Both the position numbers and the translations under genes were made by a program. A stretch of DNA of 63,797 bases, filler included, from Sphacelaria rigidula (Eukaryota), in NCBI GenBank assembly GCA_964200075.2. It is 5 parts of 5 records of this genome, joined end to end, with 100 filler letters (N's around TTAATTAATTAA, not from the genome) between each part and the next. Parts side by side here need not be neighbours in the genome. Positions count along the whole stretch, not along the records: positions 1 to 12,680 come from CAXNAA020003509.1; 4 more parts are not named here. One strand, written 5' to 3'. The number at the start of each line of letters is the position of its first letter. Positions within the stretch are counted from its first letter, which is position 1. The notes under the pieces were generated by a model. The model searched no databases and was not told where the DNA came from. It saw only the letters and a list, made by a program, of their open reading frames with translations. Shown one piece after another: positions 1-11,608 of this stretch.

Positions 1-70
1 GTCTGTTCGTGCTTTTGGTCGGTGACACTTTTTGGGCTCATTTTGGGGGTCAGGCGCGCCCATAACTGTG
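1..70. mobile_element. Terminal inverted repeat end of a DNA transposon (same family as 27892-30077)
   Basis: gtctgttcgtg...ggtgacactttttt...gggggtcaggcgcgcccataactgtg matches 30005-30077 directly and 27892-27960 as reverse complement. Confidence 0.6.
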
Positions 71-79
71 TGTTATGTC

Positions 80-256
80 TTGTCTTGGCCGGATAAAGAG
101 CCCAATCAACCATCTGCCTTATCGAATTTTATTTTGAGATGCAGAAGCAAGTGGTCTCACAGCCACAGGTGCAACCTCTGCACACATTACTGTTCGCTGG
201 ACAGTAGTGAGCCTGTCTCGGGACAGTGCTACAGAACACGACGAGCTGTTCCCACA
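80..256 (+). repeat. Truncated LTR fragment, same family as LTR 1415-2017
   Basis: taaagagcccaatcaaccat...gcagaagcaa...gtgcaacctctgca...ggacagtgctac aligns to about 1850-2017 and ends in ...ttcccaca. Confidence 0.7.
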
Positions 257-363
257 CAGTGCTGATGAGACCGTGGAAGTGTTCTCCGTATGTGCTTCCT
301 CTTCATTTCTTCTGAGAGGCAAGTATAACTCGCATGGTATTCACTATACTAAAGAAAAGGTCC

Positions 364-675
364 TGATTTTTTATTTATTTTTTTGTCACCCTTTGAACCC
401 CTCCCCTTCCTCGCGACGAGTCCGTGGTCTCAGGGGGGATCACTCATCTCTCCCCGGTACACGTCTTGCATTTTGGTCTCGCGGATTGGGTCAGCACTCC
501 CGCACTGCGTCAACTCACGTCAAACAAACTCAGCCAACTACTTTGCTTACTCCCGTTCTCACGCTTTCCACATTGGAGGTCAGATACTACGAAGAAAAAA
601 GCCAGCGCACCAGGAATCGAACCCTCATTTTCTCCACCGCAATGGTGACAGTCGGACCATTGTACCACCGGAGCG
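364..675 (-). mobile_element. tRNA-derived SINE (family 1)
   Basis: Minus strand has an A-box-like TGGTACAATGG, a B-box GGTTCGATTCC and an A-rich tail; the body matches 13665-13890 and partly 52050-52200. Confidence 0.65.
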
Positions 676-729
676 GAGCGAACAAAGGAACAAGAACACA
701 AACTCGACGTTCCCCATTTTTTTTTTCTC

Positions 730-1154
730 ATTATGCCCGAGCGAGGTCCCACACAAAGTTTCAAAACACGAGTACCAAACCTGGGCCGGTACATGGCCTG
801 GAACATAATATGGTGTTCCGAATTTCACTCTGCCCCGTTTCCAAATCGCCCCGCCTCACCTCAATTTTGACAGTTGGACTTTCAAAGTTGGTACAGGGGA
901 AGAATGGGGAATACTGAAAAGCCCTTTTTCGGGACAACGAGTCTTATTCCCCTCTTTTTCGTGAGTAAACGGCGTTCCCCTGAAAAGTGTGGACTGGTTT
1001 TTGCCATTATCTCACGAAGAAAAACAAATCCCGGAAACACGTTTTTTAGTATGACCCATTCTTCTCCTGTGGCAATTTGAGAGTCCAACTCTCAAAATTG
1101 AGGAGAGGCGGGGCCTGCAAACCACAAATTCGCGTCTAGGCCGGTCCAGCCCGT
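730..1154. mobile_element. End fragment of mariner-like non-autonomous element family (see 56525-59248, 59365-60952)
   Basis: caactctcaaaattgagg...gggcctgcaa...taggccggtccagcccg|ta matches 60870-60952. Confidence 0.55.
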
Positions 1155-1159
1155 ATTTA

Positions 1160-1414
1160 TTTGACCTTTAAGCTCGCATCTCTACGAAGCCAGGACGGGG
1201 CACGCCGGGTGTTCACCGGACCAGGCTCACAATCAATCACGAAGCGCGAAGTACCCGTGATGTCTTCGACGACTCGCATGACGGGTGAGCTGCATCCTTC
1301 TAATATTGTTCGGCCCAAAGCGTGCTGATCATAGTGCATTTGGATGACAGCATCTAATGAGTTGCTTCATTTTCTGGTTCGCCACTCCAGCATACAGCCA
1401 CGGCGTACACACTG
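1160..1414. repeat. Dispersed repeat, left half; continues at 11659-11750 after the Copia insertion
   Basis: Reverse complement of the uninterrupted copy at about 62150-62460, which has a single CACTG at the junction. Confidence 0.8.
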
Positions 1415-2017
1415 TGTTGGAAATTTATCCAGCCTGCAGTCTAACTGTTTGTTTTCTGTGTGTGAGTTTTCACTCTGTAGCAAATTAGCGGCACAATATG
1501 TTTCGGTTCAACTAGGAGCCCCCAATATTGACCAAGGGTGCAAGTACTGTTTTCTATATGGATCCTTGAGTTCAATATCCTGGCAAACTTGCCACGTAAG
1601 CTCGGAGGATAAGATAGTGTGCTGCCATTGTTTGTGAGTGTCGTAGGTTGAGTAAGAATCCAGTCTGTGAGCTGGCAAACCAACACGTCAGAGTCAAGGG
1701 CGCGTTTTAGTCTACGTACGTGTAGAGCTTTGTTTTTTGTTCCAGGATTGAGTGATTGTAATCAGTGGTCCTCACTGCCCCAACCTATCTATCACTCTCC
1801 TCCACTACCATCAGTTCTCCGCTTTGAGAGAAAACTGTGAGTCCTGCTTTTCTTGGCCCACTAAAGAGCCCAATCAACCATTTGTCTCACTGATTTTATT
1901 CTGAGCTGCAGAAGCAACTGGTCTAACAACCAGGGTGCAACCTCTGCATACTACTGTTCGCTGAACGGTAATTAGCCTGTCGCAAGGACAGTGCTACGGA
2001 CACGACTTATTCCAACA
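1415..2017 (+). repeat. 5' LTR of outer Copia-like element
   Basis: Perfect 8-bp terminal inverted repeat TGTTGGAA/TTCCAACA, followed by GGGTTTGAGC, which resembles the GGTTATGAGC-type half-tRNA-iMet PBS. Confidence 0.8.
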
Positions 2018-2214
2018 GGGTTTGAGCAATCGATTCGCGACCACGTAGGTCATCAGGTCATCAGCCTTCGGTTCGAGACTACGTCGATCAGCACCAGCGA
2101 AGGGACTTCCCATCAAGGTCGTCACGGCAGCTGAAAGTGAGAAGAGTTCAGCCTTCATATATATTTTTGCACAAGGTTTCAGGTGTGATACTTTTTCACA
2201 CATTTTGTAACACG

Positions 2215-2459
2215 ATGAATAATCAAGGAGAGCCATCTGTTGCACAGCTCATCAAGAGCATCACGAAATTCTGGAACAAATTTCCTCGAATGGAAGCGCA
2301 GCACGCGCGCAATAATTTCCCTCACATATCCAGGGATTTCGGATGTCAGGAATAGAGGTGAACGTCCCGCGGAAACGTTTGATGACATGGAGCACATTGA
2401 AGGTGCCCAATCACTTCCAGTTGCACGACCCAGGTCACAATCAACTTCCCCACACACCC
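2215..2459 (+). pseudogene. gag: Outer element gag, N-terminal part
   Basis: MNNQGEPSVAQLIKSITKF/(frameshift)SGTNFLEWKRSTRAIISL resembles a Copia gag N-terminus; rejoins 8736 in frame when the inner element is removed. Confidence 0.7.
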
Positions 2460-2968
2460 TGTTCGGTAGAGTCAAGAGATATATGGCTTGAGCACCCAAT
2501 GCACAACCAAAAACGTGGAAGGCAATCTCGCATAGCGTCCACTGTCGAAGATGAAATCACAGAAGCAGAAGTGTATAGTTGCCTTGTACTGTCTCATTTA
2601 TATTCAAGCGCCCATGGGTAGGAAAGCACACACACACTGAACACGGTGGGGCCAGAGATGCGGAGGTGCATCTCTGTCGAGAATCTTTCTCGAACTACGG
2701 CAAATACCTCCTGTTTCATCCCGCAGAAACATACCGTATACTACAAGATTACTCCCCGTCGTTTCCGGATCATTCGAGAACAAAAGTGAGAACAACCAAC
2801 ACTTTGCAGAACATTCCGAGAATCGATCCGAAGCGTCGTTCTCAGTACCATTTCTGGAAATCACCAGTACCGTTTCCCATCGGTAAATCCGCCACATTTT
2901 CCTCCGACAGTCTCGTGATAGTATCCTGGATCTTAAATATACCATGGTTGAAAATCACACGATTAAGA
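2460..2968 (-). repeat. 3' LTR of inner Copia
   Basis: Direct repeat of 8227-8730; starts TGTTCGG and ends GATTAAGA (CA mutated) on the + strand. Confidence 0.92.
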
Positions 2969-3286
2969 CCCTCCTTGATTTTGCACACTGGGAAATCAAA
3001 CACATGTCGAAAATGCGAATCAATACACAAGAAAAATTCAGACCACTTCGACCAAAAACCGTTCCCTGTTCCCGAAGAAACACAAATCACACCCAAGCCA
3101 TGACCGAAATATAGTTTAGCCTTGGCTATCACACGAGTCTCGTGAGGATGCGCTTTGCTCCTGATGAGACACACTCAGCTACAGCCTCGCGGCCGCACCC
3201 CACTCCAAACGTTCATAGCTTGACGTAGAAAATACAAGGTCCAAGACTATTAACCGATCTCACTTCAACTTTCAACATTGTCAAAG

Positions 3287-3705
3287 TCACTTGATGTTCA
3301 TCAGAACATTCCTGTGGTACCTGAAGCTACCAACAGGCAAAGGTTTCGTCAAAACGTCTGCGTGCTGCTTAGGAGACTCGACATACTCCACTCGAATGAT
3401 TTGTTCAGACACTAATTCCCTCAGAAAATTATTATGCACATCAATGTGCTTGCTGTTGTGGGAGCTTCGCGAATTTTTCGCGAGTTGAATCGCCCCCTGG
3501 TTATCCTCATACACCGTCAGTGGCATACAAAATTCCTTCCTTTGCGGCTGCATAATTTCAGCACCGCCTTCACGAACATAGCATCTTTCACTACGTCGCC
3601 CATCGCCACGTATTCAGCCTGGGTAGGAGAGAGAGTTACACTCTTTTGAGTGCGAGAGAAAAATTCTACAACAGCCCCGCAGAAAAATATCGCCCCTCCT
3701 GACAC
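3287..3705 (-). pseudogene. pol: Copia RNase H (frameshifted)
   Basis: FFSRTQKSVTLSPTQAEY, YEDNQGAI, SKHIDV, QHADVLTKPL motifs. Confidence 0.92.
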
Positions 3706-4879
3706 TAAACGCCGATCATCGAATTTCGCGTAGTCTGCATCCGCATACCACTCGAACCCCTAGCATACGTGATTCCCAAGTCTATTGTTGTCTTGAGGTA
3801 CTCGAAAATCCGCAACACTTTGCGCCAGTCCTCAGGTGTCGGGTTTTTGTTGTGGTGGAATGCAGCTCTCACGGCGTCAGCGATGTCCGGGCGGGTGTTG
3901 ATGGAGAGCCACATCAAAGATCCCATCGCCTCACGGTACCTCCCCTCGAAATCCTCTCCCTCATCCACCTCGAAGTCAGAAGAAACAAACGCAGGGGTTG
4001 CAGCGGTCCTTTTGATCGAAAATCTTTCAAGAAACCGCTGAGCATACACAGACTGAGACAATTTGAGGGTACTTTTCTCGAGATCGTGTTTGTACTCGCA
4101 TCCTGCGTACCAGACCAGCTCATCGAGGTTCGTCGTTGAAAAATGTGCGTTGAGATCCTCTGCCTACTTTTTGCACACAGACTCAGCACCCACAACGAAC
4201 ATATCATCGACGTGAACCACAATCAGAACTTTGACCTCTTCGCCGTCCATCAGCCTGAACACACATGGGTCTATCAAACTCTGTTCGAAACCCAGACCTT
4301 TCAGAGTTTCCCCCAGTTTCCCGTACCACTCTCTAGCAGCTTGTTTCAGTCCATAAAGTGTCTTGTGCAAATGCACGATAGTGCCAGATCGTTCACCCGA
4401 ACCCGGCGGTAGCCTCATGTACACGTCATCCTCTAGTTCCGACTGAACGAAAGCTTGCTCAACGTCAAAATAAAAAATCGCCTGTCCCTTTGCGCAAGCT
4501 ATCGCTGCAGCTACTCGGTTAGTCGTAGTGGGTAGGGTTGGTGAGAACGTCAGAATTTCGTCAATTTTTTGTCGATCACCCCTAAAACCAGTCGAGCCTT
4601 AGCCTTCGTCATAACCATGTTCATCGGTTTTTCACTGAAATCCCACTTCGAATCTACTGCTTTCTCTCCAAACGGGGGTGAGTCAATTACGGTCCACGTG
4701 TTATTGCGTTCTAGCCCCTCTACTTCCTTGTTCATCGCGTCCAACCACACACTCTTGTATGTCGAACTGTACGTATCCTTCACAGACTTGGGGGCCGACT
4801 CATTCTCAAGAGTCACGTATGGGATCAACTCCAACCCAGACTCCCCTGAGTGTCTTGGGATCTGTTCCGTAGCCCACAA
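3705..4879 (-). pseudogene. pol: Copia reverse transcriptase (broken)
   Basis: KAKARLV, YMRLPPG, LHKTLYGLKQAAREWY, VHVDDM, TRPDIA motifs spread over several frames. Confidence 0.92.
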
Positions 4880-5171
4880 ACTCCCCGTGGCTGTCTACGA
4901 TGCATTATGATCACTCTCATTCTCCCGCAGATCTAGAACTTGCTGTTGACGTCGCTGCTGCCGACGCCGCGGTAGCAAGGCACGTGTCTGTTGCCTTGTC
5001 CGGCCAAGTGTCGGCTCAACCGAGTCAGGTTGATTCGCGGCATCCCCGCCGCCGCCGACAGACGATGTCTCCGAAAGATCGTCACCAGAGGATGAAGACG
5101 AAGCAGACGGCTGCTGGTCAGACTCTTCGCTGTTGTTGCCGCCTCGCTTCTCCTCAGGTTCCACCATCCCA

Positions 5172-6230
5172 TCAGGTTCCACCACCCCATCTGCCACACC
5201 TTAAGGTTCCTCTGCCGAAGCACCACCCGGAACCCCCCCCACCAGTTCCGAGATCCGACTCGTCAGAGTCAGAATCAGATCTCTCGACATCGCCCTCCCC
5301 GCTCTTCACATTCCGTGAGTTTTCCTCTCCCGGCATAGAAAACGGAATCGCTTGCTGCGATGTCGGGGGAGGTGAGTGCTGCCAAGTAACATCGCGAGTA
5401 GTGATTAAATATCTGCCTTTCGTCTGCATTCTCATGGTATCACGGGGGTAGCTGTAGCCAGGCCCTAAGTAAAAACACTCCTGTGCTTTCGGCATACACT
5501 TCGACGTCCTCCTATATCTACAGTATCCTGGCTTGAAGAAAGGGAGAAGCTTGGCTTCGGGCACTTCACCGTAAAACACCTCATCTGGGGACTTCTTCCC
5601 AGGGTTAGCAGTGGGAGCAGAACGGTTTAACGCATCTGCTGCCCAACGATACGACTCAGCCCACATCCTTGCCGGAACATCCACGCCATACAGTACTTTT
5701 GCCTGAATCCTAGCTGCCATAGCGGCTTTCTCAATCATCAAGATTGCTCGTTCGGCAACACCATTGTACTCGGGACTGTCTGCTGGGGTGTACTCTTGCC
5801 TTATGCCACGCTCACGACACAGATCACTGAAATAACCTGAAAACTCTCCACCACCGTCAGATCTTACGTTCTCTACTACTGAGGGAATACACTGTGCTCC
5901 TACATCAGCCAGGTATAGCTTAAACGCCCTCGTGGTGTCAGACTTATGTTTCCCGAAATACATCCAGATTTTCCGGGTGAAATCATCCCGGATGAGAAAC
6001 GAATACTTCATGCCACCTGCACTCTCGACCAATATCGGGCCAGACGCACTCATGAACACACGCTCAAACGACTTAGCTGCACGCATAGTGGTGGACGTAA
6101 GGATGGGTTTCCGGAACCCTTTTGCCATTGAGCAGCCTTTGCATTCGTGCAACTTGCCCACCAGTGTCACCCCCAGCTGTTTCGCCGTTTATCGTAACAA
6201 ACCCTCCTGCAGGTGCCCGTGTGACTGGTG
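5172..6230 (-). pseudogene. pol: Copia integrase
   Basis: HHCC zinc finger (HQSHGH...CKGC), RSDGGGEF, NGVAER; the first catalytic Asp appears mutated (FMSASGP). Confidence 0.9.
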
Positions 6231-6881
6231 AAACAAATTGATGTTCACCTGATTACGGTCAACATGCATCTTGCCCGGGGCAAGGACAGCTCGCGCGGAT
6301 TCATCGGGATCAGACTGATGATTTTTCGACGGGCAATTGGATGGCAGGCTACGGCGGGTTGCGGTAACGACATCGTTCCTGCCGTCCTTTTCAAAAAGCA
6401 GTTTCTTCCCACCGGGCAACGTGATTTCAGTGCCCTCTCTCGTCAATCTAACCGGCAAACGATGGTCAATCACTACACTCTGCGGGGAGAAACGGTTTAC
6501 GTCCAAACCAGGAACACCACGCACTTGATACTGACTGTTAACTTGTCTTCGCCACTACCTGTCGACAACCAGATTTTCCGAAGCCCGAAATCGACACCTT
6601 TTGACTGTTAGCCACCGTAACCGATCAGAGCAAGGCTCATAGTCATGCATGCAGTCACGCGAAGGGGTCATTTGACATTTTGCAGCATTGTCTGCAACCC
6701 AAACCTCTTGCCCCCCGTCGTCAAGAATTGGGCAGTCCCCTCGTGTACCATCTGCTGCAGACGCGTATTCGTCAGTCCCAACTGCTATAAGATCAAAGTC
6801 TACCGAGTCCTTAAAAGAGTCAGACGTACACATTGCGACCATTTTGTGGAACTCTTTCGAATGTCCTTTTCCTCCGCACAC
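6231..6881 (-). pseudogene. Copia zinc knuckle and aspartic protease (decayed)
   Basis: CGGKGH knuckle remnant; WVADNAAKCQMT is a degenerate D(S/T)GA protease motif; VPGLDVNRFS. Confidence 0.75.
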
Positions 6882-6958
6882 CTCGCAAACACGTTCTGGG
6901 CACTCAGATTTAAAATGGCCAGTTTTGCCACACGCGTGACAGGTGAGGTTTTTCTTAT

Positions 6959-8166
6959 CTACGGCTTTCTTCTTACCCGAGGAACTACCGTCATCCCCTG
7001 CTTTTCCATCTGACTGTGCATGTCCATCACTTGATCCAGCCGCGGATTTCTGCGACTTTCCGCCTCCTTTTTCTTACTCCTGTAGCCGAAACCCTTATTG
7101 CCTGCATATAGGGCATGGTTGTGATCACTACCACGCGAAGTAACCGTTTTCTTTAGAGACAGAAATTTATCCTTTACAACGGCCCGGGCCTTGTCAGTCA
7201 ACAGTGATGGTTCGAAACGCAGCTGATCTCGAATTGTGGTGTACTCAGCAGGGAGTAAATTTCGGAATTTTTCCACTATCATCTCACGGGGAATCTCCAA
7301 ACCCAACGTTACAGAACGCGAGTGCACTGACTGTAGTTGGATCCAGAACTCGTCTGTATCCTGCCTTTTTGTGTACTTCAGATTGTTGAACTCGTCTAAG
7401 ACACCCATCCTGGCTCCCAAGGTTTTGGGAGAGAACTGTTCGTCCAATGCACGCCATGCTGTGGACGATGATCGTGAATCCACAAGGATACGTCTCGCGA
7501 CCGGATCCTCGACAGTGTTGAGAAGCAAAGTATACGCAAAGCGAGCTCGCGTGATATCGTCCTGACTAACACCCAATCCTAACAGCTGCGGTTCATTAGA
7601 GGATCAACACAAAGCGGCGGGTCGCGAAACAATCCATCTCCGAAACCCCACATGAACGCATATTGCTGTACAGCACGCTTAAAAGTCGTCCATCTATAAC
7701 TTTTATTACTTGTAAACTTAGAGATATATTTTGCTTCGAATGTCCTTGGATCCACACTCATCAGTAACGACGCTGATTGTGGACTTCCCCGGTTTTGCAA
7801 ACTGCTATCGACATCTCGCATACCCCCTGTACTGGGAAAACCAAGACCAGACATCATTCCTGACGATGCGCCAGGGGCATGGGTACCTGTTGTGCCCCTG
7901 GGCGGTGCTCCCGCCCCCGCCCCTAGTCGACCCAATGCCAGATCGGCCGACCCGGTGAGTGTTGTGTCAGCCCCAAACTCTCTCGGGGCTGCTGTTTCCT
8001 GGGCTTCTAGCTGAGGCGCTTCTGTGCCCCCAGCAGTAGAAATCCCCCGAGCTCGAGACGTTTTCCATTCTTGAAAGCTGTGGTAGTCCTCTGGTGTTAT
8101 CGCCAACGCCTGAGGTGGAGCCTCGAGCTCCTCCAACACACTCCGCTCTTCTCCTGCACCGCTCAT
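6959..8166 (-). pseudogene. gag: Copia gag (frameshift near 7580)
   Basis: ORFs 7579-8166 and 6959-7576 immediately follow the 5' LTR; AWRALDEQF and LPAEY motifs are UBN2-like. Confidence 0.8.
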
Positions 8167-8226
8167 GATACAGCCTTGCTATCTAACGTACTTACCCTAC
8201 TCTTTGTTCTAAGAATCACGCTAGCG

Positions 8227-8730
8227 TGTTCGGTAGAGTCAAGAGTTATATGGCTTGAGCACCCAATGCACAACCAAAAACGTGGAAGGCAATCTCGCAT
8301 AGCGTCCGCTGTTGAAGATGAAATCACAGAAGCAGAAGTAAACAGTTGTCTTTTACTGTCCTATATTCAAGCGTCCATGGGTAGGAAAGCACACACATAC
8401 TGAACACGGTGGGGCCAGAGATGTGGAGGTGCATCTCTGTCGAGAATCTTTCTCGAACTACGGCAAATACCTCCTGTTTCATCCCGCAGAAACATACCGT
8501 ATACTACAAGATTACTCCCCGTCGTTTCCGGATCATTCGAGAACAAAAGTGAGAACAACCAACACTTTGCAGAACATTCCGAGAATCGATCCGAAGCGTC
8601 GTTCTCAGTACCATTTCTGGAAATCACCAGTACCGTTTCCCATCGGTAAATCCGCCACATTTTCCTCCGACAGTCTCGTGATAGTATCCTGGACCTTAAG
8701 TATACCATGGTTGAAATCACACGATTAACA
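8227..8730 (-). repeat. 5' LTR of inner Copia
   Basis: TG...CA termini; direct repeat of 2460-2968. Confidence 0.92.
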
Positions 8731-8735
8731 CACCC

Positions 8736-9733
8736 GCTCCCAAGGAACCGCGCCGTCTTAATTCGAAGGGGCAGCCGAAACAAGTGATCCAGTTGAGGAA
8801 CCGGCTGGCGGCGAAATGGACTTCTCCCGGGAGGATACACATGTGAGAATTTTGGTGAACAGATCTGAAGTTGATAATTGGGATCGCTGCAACGAACAAG
8901 TATCCAATATTCTATACGTGACAACTCCAGGCCCAGTAGGCAGTCTTCTTCTTCGCTTCGAGCCGGAGGGTCACGCAACACCGGATGGAAAAATTGCATG
9001 GGAGGCACTGGTCGGTAAATACGAGAACTCTTCGAAGCAACGGCGGCGTATTCTTATGCGTCAGCTAGATAACATCAAAATGTCACCTGGACAAAATCCT
9101 GAGGTGTTTCTGACCAAGATCTATGAACTGCGTGATCAGCGGGTGTACATGGGTGGACCCATTTCAGATTATAGACGCACGGACATCGTGGTGGAAGGCT
9201 TGACAGATGAATACGACAGGATAAACTATGGTGCGGAGCGTGACCCTGACTTCAGCATCTCCGACATCGAAGTAACAATGAGAAACATGTGTTCAAATCG
9301 CTTCGCACGTGAAATTGCGTTAGAGGGGGTACGCGACCGTGATTCCGCCATAATAGCGGCAACGCCGCTCGATTCATCTGCAACACCTTCAAGCTTCGCC
9401 GGAAGATGTTGTTCTTGTGGCAGACCAGGTCAACTTGTGCGTAAGTATCGTTCTGAAAGACAGGCTAGCAGCAGGAGCAGGCCTGTGAAATGGTGCAGTC
9501 TGCATCGAACAGATATACACGACAACTCCGAATGCAATAATCAAATCGGCGACGGTAGTACGTTCAAGAACAACGACAGGAACAATAACAATGACAGCAA
9601 CCACAACAATAATAGAGACAACAACGACATCGACGGACATCAACGACATGTAAACACCGTCACAGTGGATTCTGCATCTACGACAGCACCATCCAACATC
9701 CAAGTTCAAGAGATTAGCACCAACAGCGACTGA
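8736..9733 (+). pseudogene. gag: Outer element gag, C-terminal part with zinc knuckles
   Basis: DGKIAWEALVGKYE, GLTDEYD, CCSCGRPG and WCSLHRTDIHDNSEC motifs; in-frame TAA at 8759. Confidence 0.85.
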
Positions 9734-9827
9734 TACAAGCTCACCACCAAGCGGCATGAGCTTTAGCTTTTTTGGTGGTCCTGCAGACAAGGACAACACT
9801 AGGTCATCGGTTTCTGTATCATTCAAG

Positions 9828-10673
9828 ATGGTATGCGATTCCGGGGCCAGCTATCATTACATCGACGATTAGCAACTGCCCAATATTGAACAGGAGATGT
9901 TTGATTATGTGACACTCGATCCTCGCATGAGAATTCTGCCAGCAGGTCGCCATCTACTTAGCGGAAAAGGAAAAGGAATACTCCACTTCATCGTCTGGGA
10001 TCAGCAGGGTAATCAACACTCCGTCCGCCTTCCGGCCAATATTGTTCCGGGCCTCGGAAAACATCTTCTTTCACCAGTTGAAGCACTCACAAAAGGAGCC
10101 TCAACCGTGTTCTCCGTCGACTCTCACGTCGACCTTGGAAAAGTCAAGATTTCAATACGCACCGACAACAACAGCGGCACGCTCCACTTCATTAACATAA
10201 AGATTATTCGGGACCCAAGAAGCTTCAAAACAAACACCGGGTCAGCATTTACGACTAAGGTAGTGTCCGAGGAATGTATGGGGATGGGCACAGCATTAGT
10301 ACCTCCGCCGGACATCAAATCGACAGAAGCAGTCAAGATTGCCGAACTATCTTCGACATCTCCCGCTAGAACAGTGACAAAACCGTACGATTCAACGGGG
10401 AAAATGAGAAGGGGTGGAAACTACAGTAGGAACAATAGATCTTCATGGGTCAAGCCTACATCTGCATACAACAGCACAAGGGGAGAAAAGCCGAAATGTT
10501 ATGAAAAGAACAAACTTGTCGACTTCAACAGACGTGAAGATTACAACAGGAGTACAAGAAGATCGACAACTTCGCCGCAGAATAATCTCGAAAATCCTTC
10601 TCGTCACCGTCATCACTATCACTATCGTCATCACCATCGTCATCACCATCGTCATCATCAACTACAACAGTAG
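9828..10673 (+). pseudogene. Outer element aspartic protease followed by low-complexity tail
   Basis: MVCDSGASYHY*, in frame with ORF 9897-10673 (GKGKG...IVPGLGKHLLS); the His-rich end derives from a CATCAC microsatellite. Confidence 0.75.
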
Positions 10674-11312
10674 CACCAGCAGCATCAGCACCAGCCACAC
10701 TAGCACCAGCAGCCCAAGGTACGACACCAGGGCAGTTCAGGCATCAAAGATATAAGAACAGAGTATGTAAATAAAATGCTCGGCATCAAGAAAGCAGATT
10801 CGTCATCAGTACTGCAGCAGGTGCTAGATACCCTACCTGAACACGTGGGAAAAGGAAGGTGCTAGATACCTCCAAGGAAAATCGAACGCAAAATGCGCGA
10901 TACAGAAAATCCCAATCAGCCAACACGATCACTACAAAAGCAAATGAAGATCACCTGCTTTTTCAAGAAGTAACCATCCCAAGCGACTCCAACAAGCCCG
11001 AGGATAGCATCCACTATCAAGAAGCCAGCATCCAGCTACACGTCTTCATCGCACTTCAGCATCGCCAGAAACATCACTCACTTTGGAGCACAGGACTTAC
11101 TACATCATCGTCACGCTAATTGAACTCCCAGTGTTTCATTTGAAACGGAACACTTCGTGCGATTGGGTCGCCTCATTTCACCGTGCAGGATTTCACACCA
11201 CCACTACATACTGCAACAAATATGCCCGAGTGAGGGCGCAGAATGAGGGGGGCAGCTACAGTACAACACTGCCCAGAACGGACCGAACAAGATCAACGAA
11301 CGCCACTACAAC

Positions 11313-11608
11313 ACTACACAATGTTAGCCAAAAAACAAGATGATTTATGGGTAGCAGGGTAATAAAACACGGTGTGTGTGTTGTCGTCCCATCCATTCTG
11401 GACGCCAGTCTACACCTTTTGGTATATGTGGGCGTACCAGCCACACGGTACGTACTTGATTCCTATCATATAATGTATGTATAGACTTGCGTATAGGCCA
11501 TATGTATTGACTTGCGTATAGAAAGGATGGGACGACAACACACACACACCGTGTTGTATTGCCCTGCTACCGATAAGTCATTTTGTTCCTTGGCTAGCAT
11601 TGTGTAGT
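11313..11608. repeat. Imperfect inverted repeat with ~82-bp arms (11313-11394 / 11525-11608) containing a SINE tail
   Basis: actacacaatgttagccaa...gttgtcgtcccatcc versus ggatgggacgacaac...tggctagcattgtgtagt. Confidence 0.85.

Larger units (their letters stand above)
2460..8730 (-). mobile_element. Inner Ty1/Copia LTR retrotransposon, full-length but decayed
   Basis: Two ~505-bp LTRs; 5-bp TSD CACCC at 2455-2459 and 8731-8735; PPT AAGGAGGG next to the 3' LTR; domain order gag-PR-INT-RT-RH. Confidence 0.95.

Noticed and set aside
600-675. tRNA genes (also 37845-37910, 44375-44445, 52628-52690)
   Set aside because: Only degenerate A/B boxes with no complete cloverleaf; three continue into SINE bodies, so these are SINE heads
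207-917. 236-aa ORF and most other short ORFs in the track
   Set aside because: They run across SINE/MITE boundaries or are antisense shadows of real coding regions, with no domain motifs
10600-10720. Poly-His metal-binding protein
   Set aside because: Translation of a CATCAC/CAG microsatellite within a decayed retroelement
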